Below the pieces are notes generated by a model, which worked only from the letters and a program-made list of their open reading frames with translations, did not search any database and was not told the origin of the DNA. This document shows, one piece after another, positions 26,041 to 40,085 of a stretch of DNA of 64,000 nt (the first letter of the stretch is position 1; each line of letters starts with the position of its first letter). A program made the translations under genes and the position numbers. The stretch covers positions 45,260,001 to 45,324,000 of the forward strand of contig OZ024751.1 in the NCBI GenBank assembly GCA_964016885.1, given 5' to 3'. This DNA is from Eledone cirrhosa (Eukaryota).

Positions 26041-28779
26041 AAAGTATCAAAGGAAACTCAATCTTTTTTCAACAAATAATAGCTTTTAATCCCTTACAAA
26101 TGTTTCAGATGAACTATGACTTCGAATTATTCAAATTTCATTTCCACACACACACACCCACACATATATCTATCTATACATATGTATATACACACACACA
26201 CAGCCAGGCACTTAAACACCATCACAAACAAATATATAGCTTATTCCTCCAATATATATGCTGATACACAAAAAATTAAAAATACAACACACAAGCACTC
26301 ACATGTCACCCTTTTAAAAATTTTATATTTTCTAATCTATCTACTCATGTACTCGCCTGTTGAAGGGCTAACGTCCAATGTATCAACCTTCGTTTGTAAT
26401 TTATATAAATGAAATAATTACTGTATATACTCAAATGTAATCTGACCCCACTTTTTTATGTCTGAAAAATGGGCAAAAATCCAAACCTTATTTACATAGA
26501 ATTTGAAGTTGGTGAAAATCGTTAAAATATTGACCCCCAAAAATATATATATTTATATATATATATATCAATGATATTAATAAATGGAAACTATATTTAT
26601 AAAACCATATTTATTCTATTATATATATTTCAAGGGTATCAAAACTTTGGTACGCTATCATCAGATAAAATACAAAGTTTGTTTTATAAATATTGACATA
26701 TCCAGGAATGAGACCTTAACGGTTCAAGTTTCACCTGGATATCTAGTTTTGGTACTCTTGAAATATATATAATAGAATAAATATGGTTTTATAAATATAG
26801 TTTCCATTTATTAATATTATTGATATTATACTCCAGAAAACCTGTTGAGTGCTTCGAATCTGTTATAAATATATTTGTTGAATTACCAACAAATTAAATA
26901 TCCCTTTGCTTATATATATATATATATATTTTTTTTTTTTTTGTCACATATTCCTCGGTTTTTATTCGAGTATATACGATGTATACTTGCAGTTTAAACC
27001 CAGACTTGAAAGTAGCTATAAATGGAGCACAAAGCTATAAATGGAGCACAATTGTTGTTAATGATGACATCTAATTCCTAGTTAGTGTCAAGTCTCCTAT
27101 GATCTACATTCTTGGCAACATTTATCTTGCAGTGTTTCTTGTCACACAGCTAATTTGGAATTTATTTTCTTCTCAATGTATTTATTTTACTGAAATTACT
27201 GGATATTTTTGTTTAATTCTTTTCTTCAATAAATTTGAATTAAATTATGTTTGTAATAATAAAAAAAAAAAAAAAAAAAAAAAAAAATGAAATTGTGAAA
27301 ATAATGGAAATGAGTGGCAGCTGACTCTATACCCCAGTCTATGCTGTGAAAGAAAGAGGGGGAGGAGGTAATATGACACTGAAAGAGTGGTGAATTATGA
27401 AAATGTGTAGAGCGTTAGATAAAATGCCATTGTGGTATTCGTTCTGGCTCTTTACATTCTGAGTTCAAATCCCACTTAGGTCAACTTTGCTTTTCATCTT
27501 TCCAAGGGTCAATGTGGGGGTTGATCTTATGAACTTACCCCTTCTGAATTTGCTGGCCTTGTACTTAAATTAGAAAAAAAATATTATGGGACTGAGAATG
27601 ACAGTAAAAGGTAGAGAGCTAAAACCACTGTGGTGGCAGTAGAGAAGCAGGCAATAGCTACATGTAAATAAAAAGAGAAAGGGAAAAGTATGTCCTAGAC
27701 ACAGAGAAAGATATAATAGATGTTTCTACTGTATATTTCTTCATCTTTATCTTAGATATGTTAATGGTCATGCAAGAAAGCACTACGAAGAAGCCAATAC
27801 ACGTACACACTCAGTTTGCATGGATTGTGATAGTTACTCTGCCTTTTGGTAAGTACACAAACACATTTTATTATACAATTCCTTACCGTATTCCTTGATT
27901 TTTGTTTTATTTAATTTTACCGTATAAAATTCACCCTGTCAACCCTGTAATGTGGTAGTGTTGATGTCATGATAAAACACATCCAGTTCACTCTGTAATG
28001 TGTTATTGTTGGTGTCAAGATAAAACACATCTAGGTATTTCAGCCATAACCATCCTGACTTTTTATGGGTATCTAAGACTATATTATCTAATATGTCCAC
28101 CTGAGGGTGTATTTGAGGGAGATTTGGCTGCTATTTCTAGTAAAGTTTTGTCATTAAATCTTTAACATCTTGTACCACATGAAAAGCACAAACACCACTA
28201 TGACTGTATCATATTAAGAATGAAAGTCTTTGCTCTAATATTTAACATTTTCACAACAATCTGTCCACTAGTAAAGACACAATAAACATTTGAATTAACA
28301 AACCTTTTTTTTTTAAGACATTTTATGCTAAACCATTATAGGAGATAACTAAATTTTTTCTATTTAACTGATGTTTTTTTTTTTTTTTTTTTTTCTAAAT
28401 GTAGAACAGACAGCTTTCTGTTGTCTTAAGGCTATTTACTCTGTCATAATTAATATTCTAATTAATAATTGCCAGACTTTTTAATTAACTTACACTCTGT
28501 ATTTCTCCCCCACCACCTTCTATTTATTATAATGTATTAAAAAAATTATCTAGATTTTCTTCCATCAATGTTGTGTTTAATCTTACTTATAGTCAACACA
28601 TTTTACCTCCTCCTTCTCCTCCATTGCCCATTACCCACACCACTGTCTACTATCTTCGTCCAATTTCCATGCTGGCATGGGTTGGACAGGATTGTTACTC
28701 TCTGGGTCAGTTCCTATTCACAGTCACACCTCCCCCACTCCTAGATGGAGGTCAGAAGACCATATCTCTTGCTTAAAAC

Positions 28780-28828
<49 letters not shown>

Positions 28829-31547
28829 ATTTTTTAATTCTATTTTCCCTGTCCATATTTTTCAAAGCTTGAATACATTATTAGATAGAGCTTGGAGATG
28901 ACAGAACAGATGTTATTGGCAGGACTATGGTAATAGAGAATTAATCCAAAGACCCAGTAGTCGACTACTATAACCATCTAGCCACACACAGACAGAGTTA
29001 GTATTATTGGCATGACTGTGGTAAAAGAGAATCAATCCAAAGACCCAGTAGCCGTGTATATCTATCTAGCCTCACACACACACACACACACACACACAGT
29101 GTTACTGGCATGACTGTGGTAATAGAGAATCAATCCAAAGACCCAGTAGCGATCTAGTATCTATCTAGCCTCACACACACACACACACAGTGTTACTGGC
29201 ATGGCTGTGGTAAAAGAGAATCAATCCCAAAACCCAGTAGCCGTCTATATCTATCTAGCCTCACACACACACAGTGTTACTGGCATGGCTGTGGTAAAAG
29301 AGAATCAATCCAAAAACCCAGTAGCCGTCTATATCTATCTAGCCTCACACACACACACACACAGTGTTACTGGCATGGCTGTGGTAAAAGAGAATCAATC
29401 CAAAGACCCAGTAGCCGTCTATATCTATCTAGCCTCACACACACACACACACACAGTGTTACTGGCATGGCTGTGGTAAAAGAGAATCAATCCAAAGACC
29501 CAGTAGCAATCTGTCTACACCCACCTAGCCTATGGCTCTAGACATCTTACAAATGAATGATGCTGCAGCTAATATTGTTTATCATTACTATCATCATCAT
29601 TACCATTATCATCACTACAGCCACTATCACTACCATTACCATCATCACCACCATTACCATGATCATCACCACAACCATCACTATTATCACGATCATTATC
29701 ACCACCATTATTATTACTAGATAAATGTTATTGCTCTTTCCTCTGTCTGTCTGTCTGTGGGTCCTTGTGTGTGTGTGTGCAATCAAGACTATATGTAAAT
29801 ATATTTGTATTTAATGCATTCCTCTACATGTGTGTATGTGTTTGCATTTGTAACTGTCTGTGTATATGTAAGTTCATATCTGTGTGATATCTTCTCTTCC
29901 CCTCCCTCCCCCTGTTCCCACCCCAGACCTCCCACCAGTTAAAGAATCAATAACTATATTTAGTTTAGTAGTCAGTTTTAATCTTACTCTTAGTCAAACA
30001 TATTGATTGGAAATGACTAAACTTTCCACTTAAATTCTCCATTATGTTGCTGTTGTTGTTGTTAAGCAGGATTCAGTAATTTGATTTTTGTTTTTACTTA
30101 TTTTACATTTTTTTTAAATGTATATATGTGCGTGTGATATATATTGATGTATAGATATACACACACACACATGTGTATATATTTTAAGAATTACGTTTAT
30201 TTGTGAATTTACTTATTTTCTGAGTTCATTTTGATTTTATCTTTTTGTCTTGTTTTTTTTCTTTTCTGAATTGATAAAATATGTACCTGTTATTGAGTGG
30301 GGTTGATAAAATATATACTTGTTATTGACTGGGGTTGGTATCTGTCATCGACTGGGGATGATGAAATATGTACCTGGGGTTGATTTAATTAACTACATCC
30401 CTATCGGTAATCATTCAGACATACGACAAAGATTTTTAGTCAATTTTATTTCAGAGTTGTCTCTCTTGAATTTCTTGACAATAATTAATGAAGTTTTCAA
30501 TAACTCCTGTTTTAGTTGGTTGAATAATTTTTGTTGTGGTAAGGTGTGCTCCCACTTAACTATATATTCTTCATGTGGGAAATACTCATATGTATGTGTA
30601 CATCGCAAATTCTAGAATGCGGTGTCAGGAAGGGATCTGGCTGTAAAAAAATTCTCAAAACATCCCATCCAGCCCATGCCAGCATGGAAAAGTGCACATA
30701 AAATGATGATGATAATATCACACACACACACATATATATATATACACACACATCATCATTTAATGTCTATTTTCCATGATGGCATGAGTTAAGCAGACTG
30801 TCTTGTTATGAGGTCAGACGGATCAGGTGACCACGTCTTAATCATACAATCTGGTTTTGGCTTGGTTTCCTAGTTGGATGCCTTTCATATATTGAAAGCT
30901 TTTTTTTTTTCTTGACATCAGCATTGCCACCATACAGGGTGGATTGGGTGCTTTTCGTCATGCCACTAGTACAACCACTTTACAGGGTAAACTGTCAGTC
31001 TAGATGTAATATATGTCTTTATCTGTAGTAATAGAAGCAGTAGTACCACCAGATGTGTGTGTCTAGATGATAATATACAGATGTAATAGATGTCATTATC
31101 AGCAGTAACAGATGAGTGTGTGTACCAGTCTAGATGTAATATGTCTTTATCTGTAGTAATAGTAAGAGTAATGTCACCAGATGTGTGTGTGCCAGTCTAG
31201 ATGGCAATATACAGATGTAATATGTCTTTATTTGTAGTAATAGTAGCAATAGTACCACCAGATGTATGTATGCTAGTCTAGATGGCAATATACAGATGTA
31301 ATGTTTATCTTCATCTGTAGTAACAATAGTAGAAGTATAGTATCACCAGATGTAATGTGTGTTTATCTGTAGTAATAGTAGTAGCAGTAATGTCACCAGA
31401 TGTAAAATGACATTTACAATTATCATTACTCATAACTCCTGACTAAAACATAGCAAATTTCATGTTTTATTCATCAAACTTCATCCATTTTAGCTTTGCA
31501 ATATTTCTCTCTCTCGTTCTCACACTTTCTCTTATATTATCTCTTAA

Positions 31548-31604
<57 letters not shown>

Positions 31605-33130
31605 TCATCATCACCGTTTTACGTCCGTTCTTCCACGCTAGCATGGGTTAGACGGGTTGTCTGGTTGGCTGACCTTGTCTTGCTCATACGGGAACTGATT
31701 CTGGCTTGATTTCTACAGCTGGATGCCCTTCCTAACACCAACCTCATTTACAGTGAGTTCTGGGTGCTTTTTTTTTTTTCGTGGCACCTCCATGACCACT
31801 TTGCAGTGGAATGATAGAGACCCCAGTCCCTATCATCTCATTTCTACAGCTAAGTAAACTGGAGCAATGTGAAATAAAGTGTCTTGCTCACGGAAACAAC
31901 ACATCATCCGGTCCAAGAATTGAACTCACAACCTTTCGATTGTAAGCCCAATGTGTAACCACTAAGCCATGCGCCTTCATTTATAATATATATATACACA
32001 TGTACTTTAACATTTATTTCCATGCTTGCATGGGTCAGACAGCTGTCATATGCTGAGGTTGGGCTGGTCAGTTGACGAGCTCCTGCATGTATGCTAGGTT
32101 TTGGTTAGGTATTTTATGGCTGGATGCCCTTCCTAACACCGACCACTTTACAGCATGGCTCTAGAAGTATCACCTTATAGGGTGGATTGGTTGCAGCACT
32201 ACCTCATTAAAACACTAGGGGAGCTCAGTGTCCTTTGTCTGGCTGGGGGAGGCATTGTTTGGGGTGGCAGACAGGGAAAGTACAGACATCACACTGTCAG
32301 GAGGAGGATGGTGGGTTGAAATGGCCTTGAGGCATGTGTGTGGTGTCTGATATATGGGGTGTGTCTGAACTAAATGTGTGTGGAGGGCGTTTATATGCTA
32401 CTTGCAAAGGATGGAGGTGTCGGAATATATTTATGTATATACATGTGTGTATGTGTATATATGTAATATAATTTAGCATTCATCTTCCTTTTCGTATTAT
32501 TTGCTGTTATTCTTTACTCCACCCCACCTATCTTACTGTTATTTTAACCCTCCCCCATCCCTCAACCATCTCATTCCACCCCCACACCTCGCTGTTATTC
32601 CACCCTCACCCCACCCCTCTCATTCTAAAGAAAGGAAAATAATGAATTTCTCCTGATTACTTTTTGCCTTGTCTTATTCAACTCTCCCTCTCTTTATTTT
32701 GTTCTCTCCCTCATCCTGTTTTTCTTTCATTCGCTCTCTCCCTCTTTTTCTTTCATTATCTCTCTCTCTGTACAAGATATCATTTTCCTCATTCACCTCA
32801 CCTCCTCCTTATTCTTACTTCACCCTTAAATTTTATTTCATATTTCATAAATCTCTTTTTCCCTTTAGCTACCTGTTGTTGTTGTTGTTCTTCTTCTTCT
32901 CACCACCACCACCACCACCTCACCACTGCCTCCATCTCCATCATGACCATCACCATCTAAATGGAACCAAACTGATTGATTCAAAAATACATCTTGATTA
33001 TTAAACTTCAATGTTTTACTGTATATACTCCGATATATATATTTATTTATTTACTGTATATACATCCATAAATATACTATATATACGTCCATATATATAA
33101 TATATTTATATATATATATATATATAAATA

Positions 33131-33168
<38 letters not shown>

Positions 33169-33729
33169 TTATATATATATATATATATAATCTACTGTAT
33201 ATACATTCATCTTTTAGCAATCCCCCTCCACCTTTAACCTTCTTCACCACCTTTGCCTCTTTCCTTCTCCTTCAGTTCTTTCTTTCACACCACCACCACA
33301 ACCGACTTTTACCTCTTCTCAACCACCACCTACCCTTTACCTCCTCCTCTACGACCACATATCTTTTTAGTTCCTCTACCCCCCCCCCCCCCCCCCCCCC
33401 CACCACCACCACCACCACCACCACCACCCACCACTGCCAGGAAGATTTTTCTATTTTTTAAAATTTCATTTTCAGGTGATGTAAATTGCTGAATCTTTAA
33501 TACATAACATAATTAGAGTTGTGTGTATGTCTGCCTGTGTCATCACCATTTAACGTGAGCTTTTCCATGCTAGCAGCTCTCTTTCTCTCCCTCTCTCTCG
33601 AGTGAGAGAGATATGTATAAGTGTATGTATACACTCACACACACACACACATATATATACACACATATGTATGTATATATATGTGATCATCATTTAAAGT
33701 CTGTTTTCCCTGCTACCACATACATACAC

Positions 33730-33801
<72 letters not shown>

Positions 33802-33934
33802 GATAAGGTGGACAAAATATGACAAAAAGGGAGACTCCCCTCTCTGCAAAACAACAATAACAAACCTTACTCTTAAAGTTGAATTAAGTACAGATAGAAA
33901 ATACTAACTGAAGGAGTATGCTCTAGAAATTGTG

Positions 33935-33977
<43 letters not shown>

Positions 33978-36288
33978 ATGCTGATGTCTATAAATTCATA
34001 AATACATACACACGTGTATGTATGATTCTGATGATGTATCCATAAATACACACGCGTGTATTTGTATATTGAACAATGAAAATAAAACAAATGTTGGTTC
34101 TTAATTAGTTCATTGTTTATATATGCATATGTGTGTGTATGTATGTGTATATATGTGTATATATATATAATGCTGTTGCTCATGATGTAAATAAATCCAT
34201 ATATGCATAAATATATATATATATATATCTATTGTGTGTGTATGGGAAAAAGGGCTGTTAAATGATGATGAGGATGATAATAAGCATATGTATTTATATA
34301 TATATAGATAGATAGATAGATAGATAGATATGCGCACACAAATATGAATATATACATATACATAATTATGTATTCAGATATATTCACGCACACATGAGAG
34401 AGAGATAGAATTATTGCTTTTTTAATCAATGCAATCTTAATGAAGTCATTGTTTTCCTGGGGTTTGGTATTAAAAAACAAAAATCCACAATTTCTGTGTG
34501 GAACTTTCATCTGTTGGAAATTAACGAAGGATTGAGACTTGCAAATTAAAAACATCAAATGATGCTTCACAAAATGAGGCACTAATAGTGTGTGTGTGTA
34601 TGTGTGTATAGATATGTGTATGTATGTAAGTATATATATATATGTGTGTGTATGTATATGTGCAAATCTGTATGTGGTGTCTCACTAATACCTTACAGAG
34701 TATACTGGGTGCATTTTATCATGGCATCAGCACTAACACCTTACAGAGTGTACTGGGTGCATTTTATCATGACACCACCACTGACACCGTACTGGGTGCA
34801 TTTTATCATGGCACCAACACTGCCACTTTACTGAGTGCACCGGGTGCATTTTATCATGGCACCAACACTTCCACCTTACTGAGTGCACTGGGTGCGTTTT
34901 ATCATGGCAGCAGTACTAAAGAGGTTGTCATATCTTTGACCAGATTAAAAGGTCCTCTCTATCTGTTAACGTCTTTCTTGTGTACTATCATAGCACTAGC
35001 ACTAGAGATGTTGTCTTGTCCTTGACAAGACTATTTGGTCCTCTTAGCACTAGAGATCTTGTCTCCACTCTTCTCCATCATCATTTTACAGAGTGTACTG
35101 GGTATAATTTAATACTAGCGATGTTGCCATGTCCTTGACAAGACCCTAAAACCCTCTCTGTCTTGCGTTGTCTCCACTCCCTTCCATCACTAGTGACAAA
35201 TGAGATACTTTCCTTATGACTCAGTGTTTGTTATTTTATAGATTTCAAGTGATCAGGCTGTTACTGCACACATGTAGAAGAAAATGGAGGAATGCATGGC
35301 ATATAAGTAATTGTGTGTGTGTGTGTGTGCACATGTTTGAGTGTCTGTCTGTGTGTATGCATGTGTGTGTGCACATGTTTGGGTGTTTGTCTTGGTGTGT
35401 TTGCACATCTGTTTGGGTGTCTGTCTGTGTGTATGCATGTGTATGTTTGTGTCTGAATACATGCATGTGTGTTTCATCCATTTATATTATGTAGAACAAA
35501 GATGTCTTTTATATGTGGCTACCTATCCTTTAGTTAGCCACTCCACCTGTCAAGTAGGAAGTGGTGACATTCATTGTTTGACTGTAAACACAAAGCAACT
35601 ATTTAACGGTCGCTTTGTGGGTATATGTGTATGTGTGCGTCCCTGTCTCCTTGTAGATATGTTGGTGTCTGTGTCTCCTTATATGTAAGGTGGTGTGTCT
35701 GTGTCTATGTCCTCTCCCCTGTGTCTCCTTATACATATTTTGGTGTGTATGTCTGACCCTGTGTCTCCTTGTGGATGTGTGTGTGTGTCTCCTTGTACAT
35801 TTGTACATATGTTGGTGTCTCTGTCCCCGTGTGTCTCCTTGTACGTGTGTTAGTGTGTGTGTGTCACTGTCTGGGGTTGTATGGGTATATGTATCTGTGT
35901 ATGTGGATTTTGTCTCCTTGTATATATGTGTTTACTTCTTGTGTATATGTGGGAGTGGATGAATGTGTGTATGTCTGTGTGTCTATACATTATATTTCTT
36001 GAGATAAAGCACTTTAATGCAAATCTTGAAAAGGCAGACAAAATGATGTTGATGATGATAAAAACACTCCTCTCCTTCAATACCTGGTAGACTTATAGCC
36101 ACACCTCTCCTTCAATATGTTGTTGTTTAGCCCTAGGTCAGCCTGAGACACTTACAGTCATTAAACTATCTAGAACAGATATGTGGTGCTGACTAGACAA
36201 AGGCACCCCTAACACTAACAGCTTTGAGTGTATATGTATATACACATATATATGTTGAACAATGAAAATAAAAAGACTAAGTTTAGTG

Positions 36289-36359
<71 letters not shown>

Positions 36360-36461
36360 CACAGAGAGAGATAATGATGTAAGATAAACCACTTATATTT
36401 GCTTCTAGTAGTGTTTAAATAGTTGATTTTGAATCAGTTGCAATATATTGTAGGTGATAAC

Positions 36462-36501
<40 letters not shown>

Positions 36502-37445
36502 ATAAATTTATAACACTGTGCCACACACCGTCTCACTCAATACTAACTGAAATGACTCCTAGTAACAGAGTTACTTCACTTAACAGAATCAGTGGTGTAA
36601 TGGCAATATTGAACAGACTGATTAGGTTTAGCAATATATTTCTTACTCTTGTTTCTCTTTCGATTTTTCTCTCTCTCTTCCAATGAAGGACCAATGTCTG
36701 AAACATTAAGACTATTTTCTTACTACATCAAATGTTAAACTAATATATATCATTATATTGTATTCTTTTCCTATAATGTTTTTTTTTGTTTGTTGACTCT
36801 TTGCATACACGCATGCATGTGTGTGTATATATATATATATATATACACGCATGCATGTGCGTGTGTATATATATATATATATATTGTTATACTTTGGGAG
36901 GGTCATGTTGCCAATAAGAAACACACGCACCAGTTGCTTTCACTTCAATTTAATTTAATATATATTTATAAATTTCTGGTTGGTTGGTTGGTTCCACAAC
37001 CAGATAGTTGTTTATATATATATAGTCATAGTTCTTTCGTCACACACTCTGTGACCTCTTCAGTGACTGGGGATTTCTTTCTTCGTTTCTGTGCCTTTCC
37101 TTTCTTCTATCCTACGCCATTTTGTTTGTGTGTCACACAAACAAAATGGCGTAGGATAGAAGAAAGGAAAGGCACAGAAACGAAGAAAGAAATCCCCAGT
37201 CACTGAAGAGGTCACAGAGTGTGTGACGAAAGAACTATGACTATATATATATAAACAACTATCTGGTTGTGGAACCAACCAACCAACCAGAAATTTATAA
37301 ATTTATAAATATATATTAAATTAAATTGAAGTGAAAGCAACTGGTGCGTGTGTTTCTTATTGGCAACATGACCCTCCCAAAGTATAACAATATCGGTTTC
37401 AACACACGATTTCAGATAAAGAATCTTGCTAAACAAATTCAGAAA

Positions 37446-37483
<38 letters not shown>

Positions 37484-37489
37484 GCATGC

Positions 37490-37535
<46 letters not shown>

Positions 37536-37635
37536 GCATGCATGTGTGTATATATATATATATACACGCATGCATGTGTGTATATATATATATATACACG
37601 CATGCATGTGTATATATATATATATACACGCATGC

Positions 37636-37668
<33 letters not shown>

Positions 37669-37706
37669 CACGCATGCATGTGTATATATATATATATACA
37701 CGCATG

Positions 37707-37750
<44 letters not shown>

Positions 37751-37756
37751 CACGCA

Positions 37757-37812
<56 letters not shown>

Positions 37813-37818
37813 CACGCA

Positions 37819-37853
<35 letters not shown>

Positions 37854-40045
37854 TTACATATGTATAAGTGTATATGTGTGTGTGTGTGTATATACATACA
37901 CACACACAGGGTGTCCCAAAATATGTATACACACTTTGATTATAATGCTGTTGAAGTATGTATATATTTTTGGGGGACACTCTGGATATGCATGAGTATA
38001 TATATGTGTATATGTGTGTGTGTGTGTGTGTTCATTAATCTTCAAAGAATCTCAGTATAGAACCTGTGTTTGTCTTCTATTTATCACCATGACAACATGA
38101 TAGCAGTGCTACTAAATCTCTTTCCATCTCTATGTGCTTTCGGTTTCTATTATTTTCTTTTTTGTTAGCTTTTATAATATTTTCCCAGCTTCATAGATTG
38201 GAGGTAAACTCCATGCTACCTTCAATATGTTACCTTTTGTCCCTGAGTACATTTGGCTGACACAGGTGACATCTTTCACTTTCAGTGGTCACTCATCATC
38301 ATCATCAACATTTAATGTCCATTTTCCCTGCTAGCAAGGGTTGGACAGGTTGTTACAAACCAACTCAGTACTTAATCTGGTATTACTGACCTCTCCGGCA
38401 GGTGGTGTTACCAAGGACAACTCTTCAGTCATAGAAACTGAGCAAAATACAGAACATATGAGTAAGATGTGGTTACCTCACTTGTATAGCCTTACTGTTT
38501 GACAGCTTGTCTAACCCATGCAAGCTTGGCAAATAGACATTAGACATTGCTGATAAAGATGATGATGATGATACTGTGGATAGTGATGATATGTATGTAT
38601 AAAGCAGAGACTGCTATATTTTGTGAAGGCACATAGCTCAGTGGTTAGAACATTAGGGTGTTAGTTCAATTCCCATACCAAGCAGTGTGTTGTGTCCTTG
38701 AGTAAGACACTTTATTTCACGTTACTCCAGTTTACTCAGCTGTCGAAATGAGGAGTTGCAACGTCACTCGTCTTCCACAAACAACCTTACCCAGACTTAT
38801 GTCTCGGAGGGAGACCAAAGGGAGTCTTTACCTTTTATTATATTGAGATTGGCAGAATCGGTGGAGGGTCGGACGCCATGCTTTGACGCATAGAGTTACG
38901 TCCCTTTACGATCTGAGTTCAAATCCCGCCGAGGTTAACTTTGCCTTTTTCATCCTTACGGGGTCGATAAAATAAAGTACCAGTAATAGACTGGGATAAT
39001 TGCTGGCCTTGTGCCAAAGGTAGAAACAATTATATTGAGATTACTCTCTGTGAGTTCCTTGGGTTCCTGCTTGATCAGAGAGAACCCATGAGAGTAATCT
39101 CAGTAAAATATACAAATAAATATAATATATGACACACAAGCCAAGACCCCTTAGCACTGCGGTTGGGATTTTACATTCATTCATTCATTTTCATTTCATT
39201 TTATGTCCGTTTTTCCCTGCTTGCAAGGGTGGGACGGGAACTGATTCTGGCTTGATTTCTACAGCTGGATGCCCTTCCTAACACCAACCTCATTTACAGT
39301 GAGTGCTGGGTGCTTTTTTGTCGTGGCACCTCCACGACTACTTTGCAGTGGAATGATATGGACCCCGGTCCCTATCATCTCATTTCTACAGCTGAGTAAA
39401 TTGGAGCAATGTGAAATAAAGTGTCTTGCTCAAGGAAACAGCACATCATCCGCTCTATAAATAAATATATTGAAATTCTGCCGTTCTGAAACTAGGGTGA
39501 CCGCAAATCAGAGTAGTACTCTATGCATGGGAAGAAGCAGAGTTGGTATAGAGGAAGGAGCATTTAGTTATGGCACTATGTTCAGAGCTGAAATTCAACT
39601 TTGCCTTTCACCCTTCCGATGTCTATAAAATAAAGTACCAGTAATGTACTGGGGCCTTTCCCCCTCAAATTGCTGGCCCTGTGTCTAAATTAGAAACTAT
39701 TATAAAAAAATAACCTAAGGACTACAGTGAATGTTTATATAATTATATTTTTCACTTCCTCTCTCACCTATCCACTCTCTTTCTCTATCATTCTCTCCTT
39801 ATCTATCTGTCTGTGTGTCTTTCTACTTACCTACCTCTCACCTATCTATCTATCTACTTACCTGTCTCTCTCTATCTACCCCCCCAATCTCGCATTCTCT
39901 GTCTATCACTAATTATTACAAATCTAATAGGCTTACCACCTCTGTGTCATCTAAAATATAGCTGCCTGGGCATCCTTATTGATTTTTTATTGTAGATTAA
40001 ATTAATTACTTCACTAGCTATTATTGCTAAACTTTAGATTTAATC

Positions 40046-40085
<40 letters not shown>

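Noticed and set aside
28910-29530. CRISPR-like repeat/spacer appearance
   Set aside because: The 'spacers' are CA runs, the repeats are too long, there are no cas genes and the context is eukaryotic
36790-37278. Mirror ORFs on both strands with near-identical peptides
   Set aside because: A by-product of the palindrome; no recognisable protein motif
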